A stretch of DNA of 64,000 bases from Bacteroidia bacterium (GCA_026391215.1 JAPLDX010000060.1:50622-114621), one strand, 5' to 3'; positions 19,085 through 29,246 are shown, numbered from the stretch's first letter. Notes: generated by a model from the letters alone, not told the origin. Made by a program: numbers and translations.

Positions 19085-20560
19085 TTAATATGATCTGGCA
19101 AAAAGGACTCTTCTTTTTGAAGGCTTGCCTGAATAGATGCATTTGCCATCCTCCTCGGGTGATTCAAACGGGATGCACCTGATGGTCGCCTTTGTCTCAT
19201 TCTTTATCTTTTCTTCGGTCTCGGCTGTACCGTCCCAATGAGCCATAATGAACCCTCCCTGATTATCCAGAATATTCACAAATTCATCCCATTTATCAAC
19301 ATAGAAAGTATTGGCCTTTTTGAATTCTGCTGCCTTGACATATATATTTTTTTGGATATCATCCAAAAGAGTCAGGATGTGATCCGTGATATTGTTCACC
19401 GGTATGCTTGTTTTTTCAAGGGTGTCTCTGCGAGCGACCTCGACTGTACCCTGCTCAATGTCGCGCGGCCCTATTGCAAGACGCACCGGCACTCCTTTTA
19501 ATTCATAATCAGCATATTTCCAACCGGGTGTATTATTGTCCCGGTCATCATACTTAACCGAAATGCCCTTTGCCTGGAGATCCGGCTTTATTTTATTTAC
19601 CGTTTCCGAAATCCTGGCAAGCTGCTCAGCATTTTTGAAAATCGGAACGATAATCACCTGGATAGGAGCCAGGCGTGGTGGTAGAACTAGTCCCTTATTA
19701 TCGGAATGAGCCATTATAAGAGCTCCTATCATCCTGGTCGATAAACCCCATGATGTTGCCCAAACATAATCAAGCTTACCGTTTTTATCGGTGAACTGCA
19801 CATCAAAAGCTTTAGCAAAATTTTGTCCCAGAAAATGACTCGTACCTGCCTGAAGTGCTTTGCCATCCTGCATGATGGCTTCTATTGCATAAGTATCAAT
19901 CGCACCTGCAAAACGTTCAGTTTCAGATTTATAACCCTTGATTACCGGAAGTGCCATAAAGTTCTGTGCAAATTCAGAATAAACATTGATCATCTTTTCA
20001 GTTTCTTCAATTGCCTCTTCACGGGTGGCATGTGCAGTATGCCCTTCCTGCCAGAGAAATTCAGAGGTTCTGAGAAAAAGCCGGGTCCTCATTTCCCACC
20101 TTACAACATTACACCACTGATTGATGAGAATTGGCAGATCCCTGTACGAATGGATCCAATTCTTATATGAGTTCCATATTATTGTTTCAGAGGTGGGACG
20201 TATAATCAGCTCCTCTTCCAGTTTTGCCGAAGGATCAACAATAATTCCACCTCCATTTTCATCCTTTTTAAGACGGTAATGAGTTACGATGGCACACTCT
20301 TTTGCAAAGCCCTCTACATGCTTAGCTTCCTTGCTGAAAAATGATTTTGGTATGAAAATCGGAAAATAGGCATTAACATGCCCCGTAGCCTTGAACATCT
20401 TATCAAGTTCAGCCTGGATCTTTTCCCATATCGCATAGCCATAAGGCTTAATGACCATGCATCCTCTCACTGCTGAATTCTCTGCCAGATCTGCCTTGAT
20501 TACCAGATCATTATACCACTGCGCATAATTCTCATCCCTGTTTGTTAAAAACTTTGCCAT
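19085..20560 (-). CDS. proS: Proline--tRNA ligase (eukaryote/archaea-like type found in Bacteroidota)
   Basis: [47 protein letters not shown]-terminal ARSY. Confidence 0.97.
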   Translation of the reverse strand: MAKFLTNRDENYAQWYNDLVIKADLAENSAVRGCMVIKPYGYAIWEKIQAELDKMFKATGHVNAYFPIFIPKSFFSKEAKHVEGFAKECAIVTHYRLKKDENGGGIIVDPSAKLEEELIIRPTSETIIWNSYKNWIHSYRDLPILINQWCNVVRWEMRTRLFLRTSEFLWQEGHTAHATREEAIEETEKMINVYSEFAQNFMALPVIKGYKSETERFAGAIDTYAIEAIMQDGKALQAGTSHFLGQNFAKAFDVQFTDKNGKLDYVWATSWGLSTRMIGALIMAHSDNKGLVLPPRLAPIQVIIVPIFKNAEQLARISETVNKIKPDLQAKGISVKYDDRDNNTPGWKYADYELKGVPVRLAIGPRDIEQGTVEVARRDTLEKTSIPVNNITDHILTLLDDIQKNIYVKAAEFKKANTFYVDKWDEFVNILDNQGGFIMAHWDGTAETEEKIKNETKATIRCIPFESPEEDGKCIYSGKPSKRRVLFARSY

Positions 20561-20563
20561 TAC

Positions 20564-20580
20564 TTTGGTACACTATTTGA
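20564..20580 (+). promoter_or_regulatory. Putative sigma-54 (-24/-12) promoter, TTGA variant
   Basis: TTTGGTACACTATTTGA (GG-N10-GA); 15/16 identical to the site at 22059. Confidence 0.5.
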
Positions 20581-20640
20581 TTTATTATATTTGAATTGCA
20601 TATGAAAGCGTAAAATTAAAAAATAAACAGGAGGTTCAAC

Positions 20641-21960
20641 ATGAAAGCAAGATTTTACATCGGAATAATATCAGCCCTGCTGCTCGCGGGTTCACCGATG
20701 GCAGCTCAGTTTGCTGATGATGACTTTAGAAGTAATGACGCCGGAACGGTAATAAATAATTATTACTATGATGATTATGATTATTACTTCGCGTCAAGGA
20801 TAAACAGGTTTCACAGGTCATATGCGGCTTTCGAATATTATTCTCCTGTGTTTACTGAAACGTACTATTATAACTATAGTCCCTACTCCTGGGGCGTAAG
20901 TATCTATGGAGGCGGTGGTTTCGGATTCGGCCTGGGATACTCTTACAGATACCCGGTCTACAATTATGGATGGTACGATCCTTACTATGGAAGCAGCTAT
21001 TACTACGGCTATGATCCTTTCTACTATGACTGGTACGCGCCGGTTATAATCAATATAAATGTAAGGAACAGATGGAGACCCAATTACTGGGGATGGAACG
21101 GATATGATCACGGGTACTACGGACACAACCGCTGGTACAACGACTACAGACCGGTTTACCACTCCTACAATAACTATAACTACTATTATAACAACCAGGC
21201 CAGGTATTCTTCAAGAGAATTTTCTGATCGCAAGGGATCTCCGGAATATAACCGGTCAAATCCAGGCGGCCCTTCAAGACGTGAAGGTACTCCGGCTCCA
21301 GGATCACGCAGCGTATATGACAGTAACAATGGCCGTATATCCAATAACAATGCCCAGAATGGTGAAATGAGAAGAAATCCTTCATCCGGTGACAACAGGG
21401 GACAGGGTAATAACAACAACAACGGCAACAACGGCAATAATGGTAATAACAGTAATAACGGGAACAACGGCAATAACGGCAATAACAGTAATAATACCAA
21501 TAATGGTAATAACAATAACAGCCGTCTGGATGGCAATAATGGGAATTTTAAACAGAACGACAGCAACAGGGGTAACAACGGAAACAACAGAAACAGCAAT
21601 ACTGATGGAAACAGCGGAAATTTTGGAAACAAAGGCAATCCCACTGGAGATGTCAGGAAAGAACGGGTAGCTCCCACAACGTTACCGGCAAACAAAAGAG
21701 TGGAACAGGCTGCACCGGTCAGGAATCCAGTTGATGTCAGGAGACCGGCAGCCACATCTTCAAGGACCCGTACCACAATATCCCAGGGACGGCCTTCTTC
21801 ATCATCCAGGGGAACGTCAGTATCAAGCGGAAGAAGCTCTTCCTCAAGATCCTCAGGTTCAACATCAAAATCATCATCTTCAAAATCATCATCCTCAAAA
21901 TCGTCATCCTCAAGATCATCCTCCTCAAAGTCTTCTTCCAGTGACAGAAGCAGGAGGTGA
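20641..21960 (+). CDS. Exported low-complexity protein (Tyr/Gly-rich, Asn/Gly-rich, Ser-rich tail)
   Basis: Sec signal; DYDYYFASRINRF motif; (NGN)n tract; SKSSS repeats; ends in RR. Confidence 0.75.
   Translation: MKARFYIGIISALLLAGSPMAAQFADDDFRSNDAGTVINNYYYDDYDYYFASRINRFHRSYAAFEYYSPVFTETYYYNYSPYSWGVSIYGGGGFGFGLGYSYRYPVYNYGWYDPYYGSSYYYGYDPFYYDWYAPVIININVRNRWRPNYWGWNGYDHGYYGHNRWYNDYRPVYHSYNNYNYYYNNQARYSSREFSDRKGSPEYNRSNPGGPSRREGTPAPGSRSVYDSNNGRISNNNAQNGEMRRNPSSGDNRGQGNNNNNGNNGNNGNNSNNGNNGNNGNNSNNTNNGNNNNSRLDGNNGNFKQNDSNRGNNGNNRNSNTDGNSGNFGNKGNPTGDVRKERVAPTTLPANKRVEQAAPVRNPVDVRRPAATSSRTRTTISQGRPSSSSRGTSVSSGRSSSSRSSGSTSKSSSSKSSSSKSSSSRSSSSKSSSSDRSRR
21421..21492 (+). repeat. Intragenic 36-bp tandem repeat x2 (NGNNGNNGNNSN)
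   Basis: AACGGCAACAACGGCAATAATGGTAATAACAGTAAT and AACGGGAACAACGGCAATAACGGCAATAACAGTAAT. Confidence 0.8.
21865..21939 (+). repeat. Intragenic 15-bp tandem repeat x5 (S-K/R-S-S-S)
   Basis: TCAAAATCATCATCY-like units. Confidence 0.8.
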
Positions 21961-21984
21961 GACAAAGGGACAGAACATAAAAAG

Positions 21985-22015
21985 GGACATGCTTCGGCAT
22001 GTCCTTGTTTTTTTT
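21985..22015 (+). terminator. Rho-independent terminator
   Basis: GGACATGC-TTCG-GCATGTCC (cUUCGg tetraloop) followed by a T-run. Confidence 0.8.
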
Positions 22016-22058
22016 ATTATATTTGATAATTATTAGCTATCAGGTTTTTTTGAAGATA

Positions 22059-22075
22059 TTTGGTACAATATTTGC
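22059..22075 (+). promoter_or_regulatory. Putative sigma-54 (-24/-12) promoter
   Basis: TTTGGTACAATATTTGC = TGGYAC-N5-TTGC, about 34 bp before the ATG. Confidence 0.6.
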
Positions 22076-22108
22076 GCGTATTAAAGAAAACAAAAGAGGG
22101 AATCAAAT

Positions 22109-23416
22109 ATGAAAGCAGTAAAATACATATCAATTCTTTTAATCCTGGTTCTGGGGTCCTGTTCATCAGGCCTTTATACAGGATTTGAGTATGATGACCT
22201 TTACTATCTGCCTTCTGATAAACCGATAACAAAGGTTCAGTCTCCTGTATCAAAACAGATTGCTGAGGGAGATCTGAAGGCTGAGGAGTATTATGACAAC
22301 ATATATGCTGCTGATACCCTCGTATCAGATGATTATTCTGATGCAATTGATTATAACAATGCAGAGTTTAACGATAATTATAGCGGCACAGAATACAACT
22401 ATTATGATAATTACTCCTATACAGGAAGATTAAGAAGATTCTATGGCAACTATTTCTACCCATACTGGAGAGATCCTTCCTATTACAGCTATGGATGGCC
22501 ATCAATGAGTTTCGGCTACGGCAACCCATATTCATTTTACGATCCCTTCATGTATGATCCTTTTTATTCCGATTACGGATATTACGGATACGGAAGCTAT
22601 TATTCACCATGGTCCTATGGCGGTTATTACAACCCGTACTACTACTCTTCCTTCTACAATCCCTATTATGGTAACTGGGGGTATTCCAATGCAGTTTACA
22701 ACAGGGATTACAATAATTCCATAGCTTATGGAAGAAGGGAAAGACAGAGTACATACTCTACAAAGTGGAACAATAGCATGCAGCCTTCAGCTTCATCAAG
22801 GCGTGATGGCTACATTTCCAAGGGAACATCTGCAGATGGTGTCAGACGATCACCTTCAGGAAGCTCAAACGCTATTGCAAATGATACAAGGAGAACTGTC
22901 TCAACAATCGTTAATAATCAGCAAGCCCTTAATGCTGCCGACAGGAAAGTTGATCAGAGTGCATCCAAAACTGCAACCACACGGAGCACCACCGTATCCA
23001 AGCCGGAATATAATACCGTAAACAGGACTTATACACCAAGTTACAGCAATCCTCGTATGAGCACCAGACCTTCTTACAATAACAGCAGGGTAAGTACTGA
23101 AAGTTCAGGTTCCGGCAATTACAGGAGCAGTAATGTAAGAACCAGTCCGTCAGTATCAGCAGGACAAACCAGATCGTCAGTACCTTCATATAACAATAAT
23201 GCGAGCACCTATTCAGCTCCCTCAAGAAGAAGCTCAGGCGGATCGTATTCATCGGGAGGCTCGTATGGCTCTTCCTCAAGCAGGTCCTCATCATCATATA
23301 GCGGCGGATCTTCAGACGGGGGAGGATCAAGAAGCAGTTCTTCAGGAGGAAGCTCATCATCTTCCAGCTCTTCTTCAGGATCATCATCAGGTTCATCTTC
23401 CGGGGGAAGGAGATAG
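22109..23416 (+). CDS. Low-complexity Tyr-rich/Ser-rich lipoprotein
   Basis: Lipobox LGSC; YDDLYY; YSYTGRLRRF; Ser/Gly tail ending GGRR. Confidence 0.75.
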   Translation: MKAVKYISILLILVLGSCSSGLYTGFEYDDLYYLPSDKPITKVQSPVSKQIAEGDLKAEEYYDNIYAADTLVSDDYSDAIDYNNAEFNDNYSGTEYNYYDNYSYTGRLRRFYGNYFYPYWRDPSYYSYGWPSMSFGYGNPYSFYDPFMYDPFYSDYGYYGYGSYYSPWSYGGYYNPYYYSSFYNPYYGNWGYSNAVYNRDYNNSIAYGRRERQSTYSTKWNNSMQPSASSRRDGYISKGTSADGVRRSPSGSSNAIANDTRRTVSTIVNNQQALNAADRKVDQSASKTATTRSTTVSKPEYNTVNRTYTPSYSNPRMSTRPSYNNSRVSTESSGSGNYRSSNVRTSPSVSAGQTRSSVPSYNNNASTYSAPSRRSSGGSYSSGGSYGSSSSRSSSSYSGGSSDGGGSRSSSSGGSSSSSSSSSGSSSGSSSGGRR

Positions 23417-23498
23417 AAGTAATTGAAATATGATAAGTGGAATATAGTTCATTCTTTTAATGGAGTGTTGGAATGCTTTTAAGAAAAAAGTTACAATT

Positions 23499-24989
23499 AT
23501 GAAGAAATCAGCTATAGTTTTTATGATAATGCTGGCAACTCTGACACAAGGTTTTGCCCAGCTTGCCGATGATGCTTTAAGATACTCCCAGTTATTCTAT
23601 ACGGGAACGGCAAGATTCATGTCAATGGGAGGAGCATTTACAGCCCTTGGCGGAGACATCTCCTCTCTAAGCCAGAATCCAGCAGGTATTGGCGTATTCC
23701 GTTCATCTGAGATAAGCATTACCCCTCAGTTGTTCCATATTAAAACCATTGCCGGACTGAATGGAACAGCTACATCCGACTATATATATAATTTTAACCT
23801 GGCACAGGCAGGAATGGTCGCAAATATTGTTGACAACGATACGGAAACCGGACTTGTTTCCCTGAATTTCGGATACTCTTTTAATAAGACAAATAACCTG
23901 AATCAGAGCATTATAGTAAATGGTTACAGCGACTATAGTTCTTTGGCTGATCTGTGGACTGATAAGGCCGACGGAATATACAAGGACGAATTGATCAACG
24001 ATGCTCCCGAATCTTACCTTGCATGGTCAACCTGGATCATTGACTCTCTCTCAGGCTCAAATACACATTATGGAACAGTCTTCTCAAACTATGGCGATAA
24101 TCCTCCCTCCATTTACGGGCAAAATATGAACCGTCTGGTAAGTTATGAAGGATATACCGGTGAACATGCACTTTCGGTGGGGGGTAACCTTTCAAACAAG
24201 CTATATTTCGGAGCTACACTTGGCATCAGCCACCTGACCTACTCAAGCCAGTATGAACATGTTGAATCAACAGATGTCAGTTTACCTTCGCAATTTGAGA
24301 ACTTCGATTATACATTCTTTTACAGTAACCAGGGAACAGGTTTCGGATTGAAACTGGGTGCAATTTACAGACCTCTGGAAATATTGCGGATTGGCTTTGC
24401 TTTCCACTCCCCGACAGTGTATAAGATCAATGAATATGTTTATGATAATATAACTTCGCATTTTTCAGATGGCGGAGGATACAGTGAATCAAATTCACCG
24501 GTCCGCTATAGCTATGGTCTTACAACACCTTTCAGGGCAATGGTAGGAGCAGCTGTGCAGATCAAGAAGCTTGCACTTGTAAGCCTTGATTATGAGTTTG
24601 TTGATTACAGCACCGCAAAGTTCTCAGAAACAGGCGATGGTTATAATTACAGTGAAAAAAATTCGATTATCAGAAATACTCTCAGATCAACTTCAAACCT
24701 GCGCCTTGGAGCAGAATTCCGACTTAACAAGCTTTACCTGAGAGGTGGATACGCATATTATGGGAAGGCATGGGAAAAGGATGATCTGAATGGTGACCTT
24801 AACTATAACTCTATTTCTTTCGGAGCAGGATTCCGGGAACAGAATGTTTTTATTGATTTCGGTTTTACAGGCATGATGAATACTCATAATTATGTTCTGT
24901 ATGATACAACTGTAGAGACCTTAATCTCTAAAATGGATATCAACAGGAATACGTATTCCGTCACTTTTGGCTACAAATTTGGCTACTAA
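23499..24989 (+). CDS. OmpP1/FadL-family outer-membrane beta-barrel ('hemin receptor'-like)
   Basis: DALRYS...GTARFMSMGGAFTALGGDISSLSQNPAGIG; C-terminal VTFGYKF. Confidence 0.8.
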   Translation: MKKSAIVFMIMLATLTQGFAQLADDALRYSQLFYTGTARFMSMGGAFTALGGDISSLSQNPAGIGVFRSSEISITPQLFHIKTIAGLNGTATSDYIYNFNLAQAGMVANIVDNDTETGLVSLNFGYSFNKTNNLNQSIIVNGYSDYSSLADLWTDKADGIYKDELINDAPESYLAWSTWIIDSLSGSNTHYGTVFSNYGDNPPSIYGQNMNRLVSYEGYTGEHALSVGGNLSNKLYFGATLGISHLTYSSQYEHVESTDVSLPSQFENFDYTFFYSNQGTGFGLKLGAIYRPLEILRIGFAFHSPTVYKINEYVYDNITSHFSDGGGYSESNSPVRYSYGLTTPFRAMVGAAVQIKKLALVSLDYEFVDYSTAKFSETGDGYNYSEKNSIIRNTLRSTSNLRLGAEFRLNKLYLRGGYAYYGKAWEKDDLNGDLNYNSISFGAGFREQNVFIDFGFTGMMNTHNYVLYDTTVETLISKMDINRNTYSVTFGYKFGY

Positions 24990-25010
24990 TACTTTGTTTG
25001 ACTTCCTTGG

Positions 25011-25047
25011 AAGAGGCTGTTTCAGTTAAGACAGCCTCTTTCTTTTT
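25011..25047. terminator. Hairpin terminator between convergent genes
   Basis: AAGAGGCTGT-N10-ACAGCCTCTT followed by TCTTTTT. Confidence 0.65.
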
Positions 25048-25055
25048 ATTTCATC

Positions 25056-25829
25056 CTATATCTTTTTTACCAGGGCGCTTCCGTTTTTGTCAGGCATAGG
25101 TACCGGTGACTCAGCTTTTTCTCTGAAAAACTCTTCAACAGCTTCATGTGCCCCGCTCCAGGTATTATAATCATGAATGACCATATAGCCTCCCTTGCTC
25201 ATCCTGGGATAAAAGAAATTCAGGGCAGCCAGCGTGGGCTCAAATAAATCCATGTCTATATGGATCAGTGAAAATGATCTTTCACTGAAATTCTCCGGTA
25301 TCGAACCCGGAAATACCCCTTCAACAATCATAACATTATCATTTTTTGGTTTTATAAAACTGATTACGTCCTGTGCACCGGCGGATTTAAAATGACTTTG
25401 AATAGAATGACCTGTTCTGTCTTTTTCAACAGCAAGGTCATTCTTATCAAATCCTCCGTATGTATCAAACAGATATAACATTCTCTCAGGAACATAATAG
25501 TGTATAAGCTTTGCAGTAAAACCTTTATAAACCCCTAATTCAACAAGATCTCCCTTGACCTGATTCATCAGGATATCTTTTAATAGAAGGATCAGCATAT
25601 CCCTGCGAACTATATCCCATGGCGTTTTATAGGATACTATTTCTCTCTTGATACTGTCATTTAAAATATAGAATCCTCCTGTTTTCTCAATAAACCTTAA
25701 ATTGTAATATCTAGATTTTGGATGGATATCCATCTGGCTTTGCAGGTAAAATGACTGATCTGCAAATGATTTTGAGAGATGCTGCAACAGCCTGCCAAAA
25801 ATTTTATCTATATTAGGTTTAGTCCCCAT
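25056..25829 (-). CDS. TylF/MycF-family SAM-dependent O-methyltransferase
   Basis: GDLVELGVYKG, LFDTYGGF, IHIDMDLFEPT, GGYMVIHDY. Confidence 0.85.
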   Translation of the reverse strand: MGTKPNIDKIFGRLLQHLSKSFADQSFYLQSQMDIHPKSRYYNLRFIEKTGGFYILNDSIKREIVSYKTPWDIVRRDMLILLLKDILMNQVKGDLVELGVYKGFTAKLIHYYVPERMLYLFDTYGGFDKNDLAVEKDRTGHSIQSHFKSAGAQDVISFIKPKNDNVMIVEGVFPGSIPENFSERSFSLIHIDMDLFEPTLAALNFFYPRMSKGGYMVIHDYNTWSGAHEAVEEFFREKAESPVPMPDKNGSALVKKI

Positions 25830-25917
25830 TGAATAAACAGTTTGAAACAGTTGCTAATATAATTACAAATTGATAAGGATTACTGAATGAGGTTCTTAAA
25901 TTTCATAAGAGCAGGAT

Positions 25918-26523
25918 CTAAAGGTAATGCAGAGCATCTCTTCCAATATTGAAAATCAGGTCAACAATGCTTAGTCCTGGCACAAAAACCTTTCCGTTAG
26001 TGAAAACCTGCATATATTTTTTTGCAATATAGCCGGATTCTTTTTTTGGATTGATTGAATACCTGAAATCACTTTCGGAAATTCCAACAGGCATGAAATC
26101 AGTTGTATAGGATATATTTGCTTCAATGTTGATCATTTTCAGGACAGCTTTCAGCAGATCCATATTGAGGTCGAGAAGAAATTCATAATTGGAAAGAATT
26201 ATTTTTTCAATGTTCTCATAATAATGGATGAAATAAGGAGATGATTTATATGATGCAGTTAAAGCACGAAGGTGAACCTGCTGCCATCTTTTGGAATAAT
26301 CTATCCTTATCTCCCTGACAGGTGTCTTATGAATGCTTCCCAGATATACCGGAACAGTGAGAAGTTGCGGCCCGGAGGCTGAAAGAATATAGCAGCGATT
26401 GCGGTATGATTGCTTCAGGTAGTTTTCTTCTCTTTCAATAAGAGCCTCCTCAGTATGTATTATATGAGAAAAGTATTCAACGGGAGGCAGGTAAGCTGAA
26501 GACAGTAATATATTACTGGCCAT
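25918..26523 (-). CDS. WbqC-family protein
   Basis: YLPPVEYF, KQSYRNRC, LTVPV, SYKSSPYF, LSIVDLIFNIG. Confidence 0.85.
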   Translation of the reverse strand: MASNILLSSAYLPPVEYFSHIIHTEEALIEREENYLKQSYRNRCYILSASGPQLLTVPVYLGSIHKTPVREIRIDYSKRWQQVHLRALTASYKSSPYFIHYYENIEKIILSNYEFLLDLNMDLLKAVLKMINIEANISYTTDFMPVGISESDFRYSINPKKESGYIAKKYMQVFTNGKVFVPGLSIVDLIFNIGRDALHYL

Positions 26524-27271
26524 AATTCATCCTGTTGATCATGCTTGCCGAGAAACCGGCTCCAAAACCATTATCAATATTTACCACTGTTACTCCTGCT
26601 GAACAGCTGGTAAGCATTGCAAGAAGTGCAGAAATACCTCCGAAGCTGGCACCATAACCCACACTTGTCGGGACAGCAATTACCGGTTTGTCGACCAGCC
26701 CGCCTACGACGCTGGCAAGAGCTCCTTCCATACCTGCAATAACAATTATTACGGCGCAGCTTCTTATTTCCGGTAGTTTATCTACCAGCCTGTGGATCCC
26801 GGCAACACCTGCATCATATATCCTGATAACTTTATTGCCAAGAAGCTCTGCTGTGATAGCAGCTTCCTCTGCTACCGGAATATCTGATGTGCCTGCTGTA
26901 ATGACAGCTATAGTGCTTTCAGGAGCTTCCGGTTTTTCCTTCTGAACGGAAATGATCCTAGCCTCTTTGAAATAAACAGCCTGCGGAATAATATTTCTGA
27001 CAGAATAGTACATTTCAACAGTAGCCCTTGTGCCAATGACATTGTTCTCTTTTTCAACCATAACTTTGAATATCCCCATAACCTGTTCATTGGTCTTGCC
27101 GGCGCAATAGATTATTTCGGGATATCCTGTCCTTATTTCGCGGTGGTGGTCAATCCTGGCATAACCTAGATCTGTATAAGGGAATGTTCTGAGCTTTTCA
27201 AGAGCTTCTTCCGTGCTAATGGTTCCGGTATGGATATCCACAAGCAGTTTTTCAAGTTCTTTTCCTGTCAT
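26513..27271 (-). CDS. larB: NPN cofactor biosynthesis carboxylase/hydrolase LarB
   Basis: IDHHREIRTGYPEIIY, AGTSDIPVAEEA, DAGVAGIHRL, AGMEGAL, VPTSVGYG, CSAGVTVVNIDNGFGA. Confidence 0.93.
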   Translation of the reverse strand: MTGKELEKLLVDIHTGTISTEEALEKLRTFPYTDLGYARIDHHREIRTGYPEIIYCAGKTNEQVMGIFKVMVEKENNVIGTRATVEMYYSVRNIIPQAVYFKEARIISVQKEKPEAPESTIAVITAGTSDIPVAEEAAITAELLGNKVIRIYDAGVAGIHRLVDKLPEIRSCAVIIVIAGMEGALASVVGGLVDKPVIAVPTSVGYGASFGGISALLAMLTSCSAGVTVVNIDNGFGAGFSASMINRMNYGQ

Positions 27272-28071
27272 GATTTTTCTTTTTCACAATCCATACTCCC
27301 GGTTCTGTACCCCTCGAGGTCCAAAGATATGTATCTGAATCCGATTTTTTTCAGATCGCTTACCATAAGTTCCCTGCCGGGATCATGAATTATCTTTTCA
27401 ATATATCCTGGCAAGCATTCAATTCGGGCGATATCATCATGCATCCTTACCCTGGTTCCCGGATAACCACGTTCAAACAAAAGATCTTCAGCTTTCTCAA
27501 TCATCTTAAGCATTTCCGCGGTCACCTTTGTATCATAGGGTATGCGAGTAAGGAGGCATGCCATAGCAGGTTTATCCCATAGCGGCAGTCCTGCCCTTTG
27601 TGATAATCCCCTGATATCACTTTTCGTCAGCCCGGCCTCTGACAGAGGACTCATTATGCCCAGTTCCCTGAGAGCCTTGAGTCCTGGTCTGAACTCGCCT
27701 GTATCATCAGCATTGGTGCCGTCAATGACATATTTAAAGTTGTTTTTTCTGGCAAAAGCCAGTATTTCGCTGAAAAGAGTTTTTTTACACAGATAACACC
27801 TTTCTGTTGGATTGTGCCTGATGCTCTCTGGAAATTCCAGATCGATAATTTTATGATCAATACCCTGTTTTTCTGCAAATTCAGCTGCCTCGCTTATCTC
27901 CCTTGCAGGGATATATGGTGTCCGTATTGTGACAGCCATTATACTGAGGCCGCTCAGCGATTTTGCCCTGTAAGCAAGAAAAGAACTGTCTACGCCTCCA
28001 GAAAATGCTATAACGAATGATTTGAGATCCTGTAATACCGAATCGAGCTTTATGGACTTGTTTTGTATCAT
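27268..28071 (-). CDS. larE: ATP-dependent sulfur insertase LarE
   Basis: PP-loop FSGGVDSS, RCYLCK, DGTNADD, RPG, WDKPAMACLLTRIPY, LDLEGYRTGSM. Confidence 0.92.
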   Translation of the reverse strand: MIQNKSIKLDSVLQDLKSFVIAFSGGVDSSFLAYRAKSLSGLSIMAVTIRTPYIPAREISEAAEFAEKQGIDHKIIDLEFPESIRHNPTERCYLCKKTLFSEILAFARKNNFKYVIDGTNADDTGEFRPGLKALRELGIMSPLSEAGLTKSDIRGLSQRAGLPLWDKPAMACLLTRIPYDTKVTAEMLKMIEKAEDLLFERGYPGTRVRMHDDIARIECLPGYIEKIIHDPGRELMVSDLKKIGFRYISLDLEGYRTGSMDCEKEKS

Positions 28072-29246
28072 CGTCTTTTGCTTTTAACCAGATGAGCCAT
28101 AACATTATTATATACCTCTTTCACCGGTATCCCTTTTTCAAGTGCTATTTTACGGCATTCTTCAAATTCCGGCTTGCAGGAGACCTCCTTCCCCTGGTAG
28201 AAGGAACGCTTAATTTTAACATTTCCATAGAGTGTTCTGACGGTCTCCAGCTTCCTGACAAGGGTATCCTTCCTGAATGCAAAAGACCTGATGCCAACAG
28301 ATGTTGATTCCGTGAAAATTATCTTTTTCAGAAGGTCATCTTTACCTTTTTCACAAATCACATTAAGGACATTTCCAGGTCTCCCTTTTTTCATTATGAT
28401 GCCCGAAATATAAACATCTGAAGCACCTGCATCAAATAATCTTTGAGATATATGGTCAAAGAATTCCGGATTCATGTCATCAATATTGCATTCAAGGAGA
28501 AGCGCCTCATGACCTGCTTCATTATCTTCACTCTCTCCAAGGAAAACCCTGAGAAGATTAGGCACATCCGGATGATCTTTCTGCCCGACTCCATATCCTG
28601 TTTTTTCAGTCTTGAATGCAGGGAGAGGATTGAAGTGTGTCCCGATGGTGGCTAAAATAGCAGCTCCCGTAGGAGTCGTGGCTTCAAAATCAACGCCTCC
28701 TTTTCTTACAGGTATTCCTTTTATTATTTCAGCTGTTGCAGGAGCAGGAACAGGAAGCCACCCATGATCGCATTTTACGAAACCGCTGCCCAACTCAACC
28801 GTGGAAACAAATACGGCATCAACCCTGAGCTTATTAAAACAGATTGCAGCACCAACAATATCAACAATAGAATCAATTGCTCCGACTTCATGAAAATGGA
28901 CCTCATCGGAAGGTATGCCATGGACTAAAGCCTCTGCTTCAGCTACCTTCATAAATATTCTTATGCTAAGCTCTTTAGTTTTCTTGTCTAACCCTGATTC
29001 ATTGATAATCTGTTCAATGTCAGAAAGATGCCTGTGTATTTTTTTGGATTTTGTCTGAATTACGGTAACTTTTGTTCCATTAATACCATGTCTATGGTCT
29101 CTTTCTGCAGTCAGTTTCCATCCTTTCACATTCAGCATATTCAGCTGATCCAGCAGATATGACTCATCAATCCCAAGATCTATCATAGCACCAAGATTCA
29201 TATCGCCGCTTATACCTGAGAAACAATCGTAGCAGAGTATCTTCAT
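28068..29246 (-). CDS. larC: Nickel insertase LarC (single ORF)
   Basis: GISGDMNLGA, VHFHEVGAIDSIVDIVG, HGWLPVPAPAT, TPTGAA, ECNIDDMNPE, MKKGRPG, KPEFE. Confidence 0.93.
   Translation of the reverse strand: MKILCYDCFSGISGDMNLGAMIDLGIDESYLLDQLNMLNVKGWKLTAERDHRHGINGTKVTVIQTKSKKIHRHLSDIEQIINESGLDKKTKELSIRIFMKVAEAEALVHGIPSDEVHFHEVGAIDSIVDIVGAAICFNKLRVDAVFVSTVELGSGFVKCDHGWLPVPAPATAEIIKGIPVRKGGVDFEATTPTGAAILATIGTHFNPLPAFKTEKTGYGVGQKDHPDVPNLLRVFLGESEDNEAGHEALLLECNIDDMNPEFFDHISQRLFDAGASDVYISGIIMKKGRPGNVLNVICEKGKDDLLKKIIFTESTSVGIRSFAFRKDTLVRKLETVRTLYGNVKIKRSFYQGKEVSCKPEFEECRKIALEKGIPVKEVYNNVMAHLVKSKRR

Noticed and set aside
21186-21965. 259-aa minus-strand ORF with EDDDF and poly-Leu repeats
   Set aside because: Antisense shadow of the Ser/Asn low-complexity gene; the repeats explain the lack of stops.
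28068-29246. Programmed frameshift in larC, as in L. plantarum
   Set aside because: Both LarC domains are in one continuous 392-aa frame.
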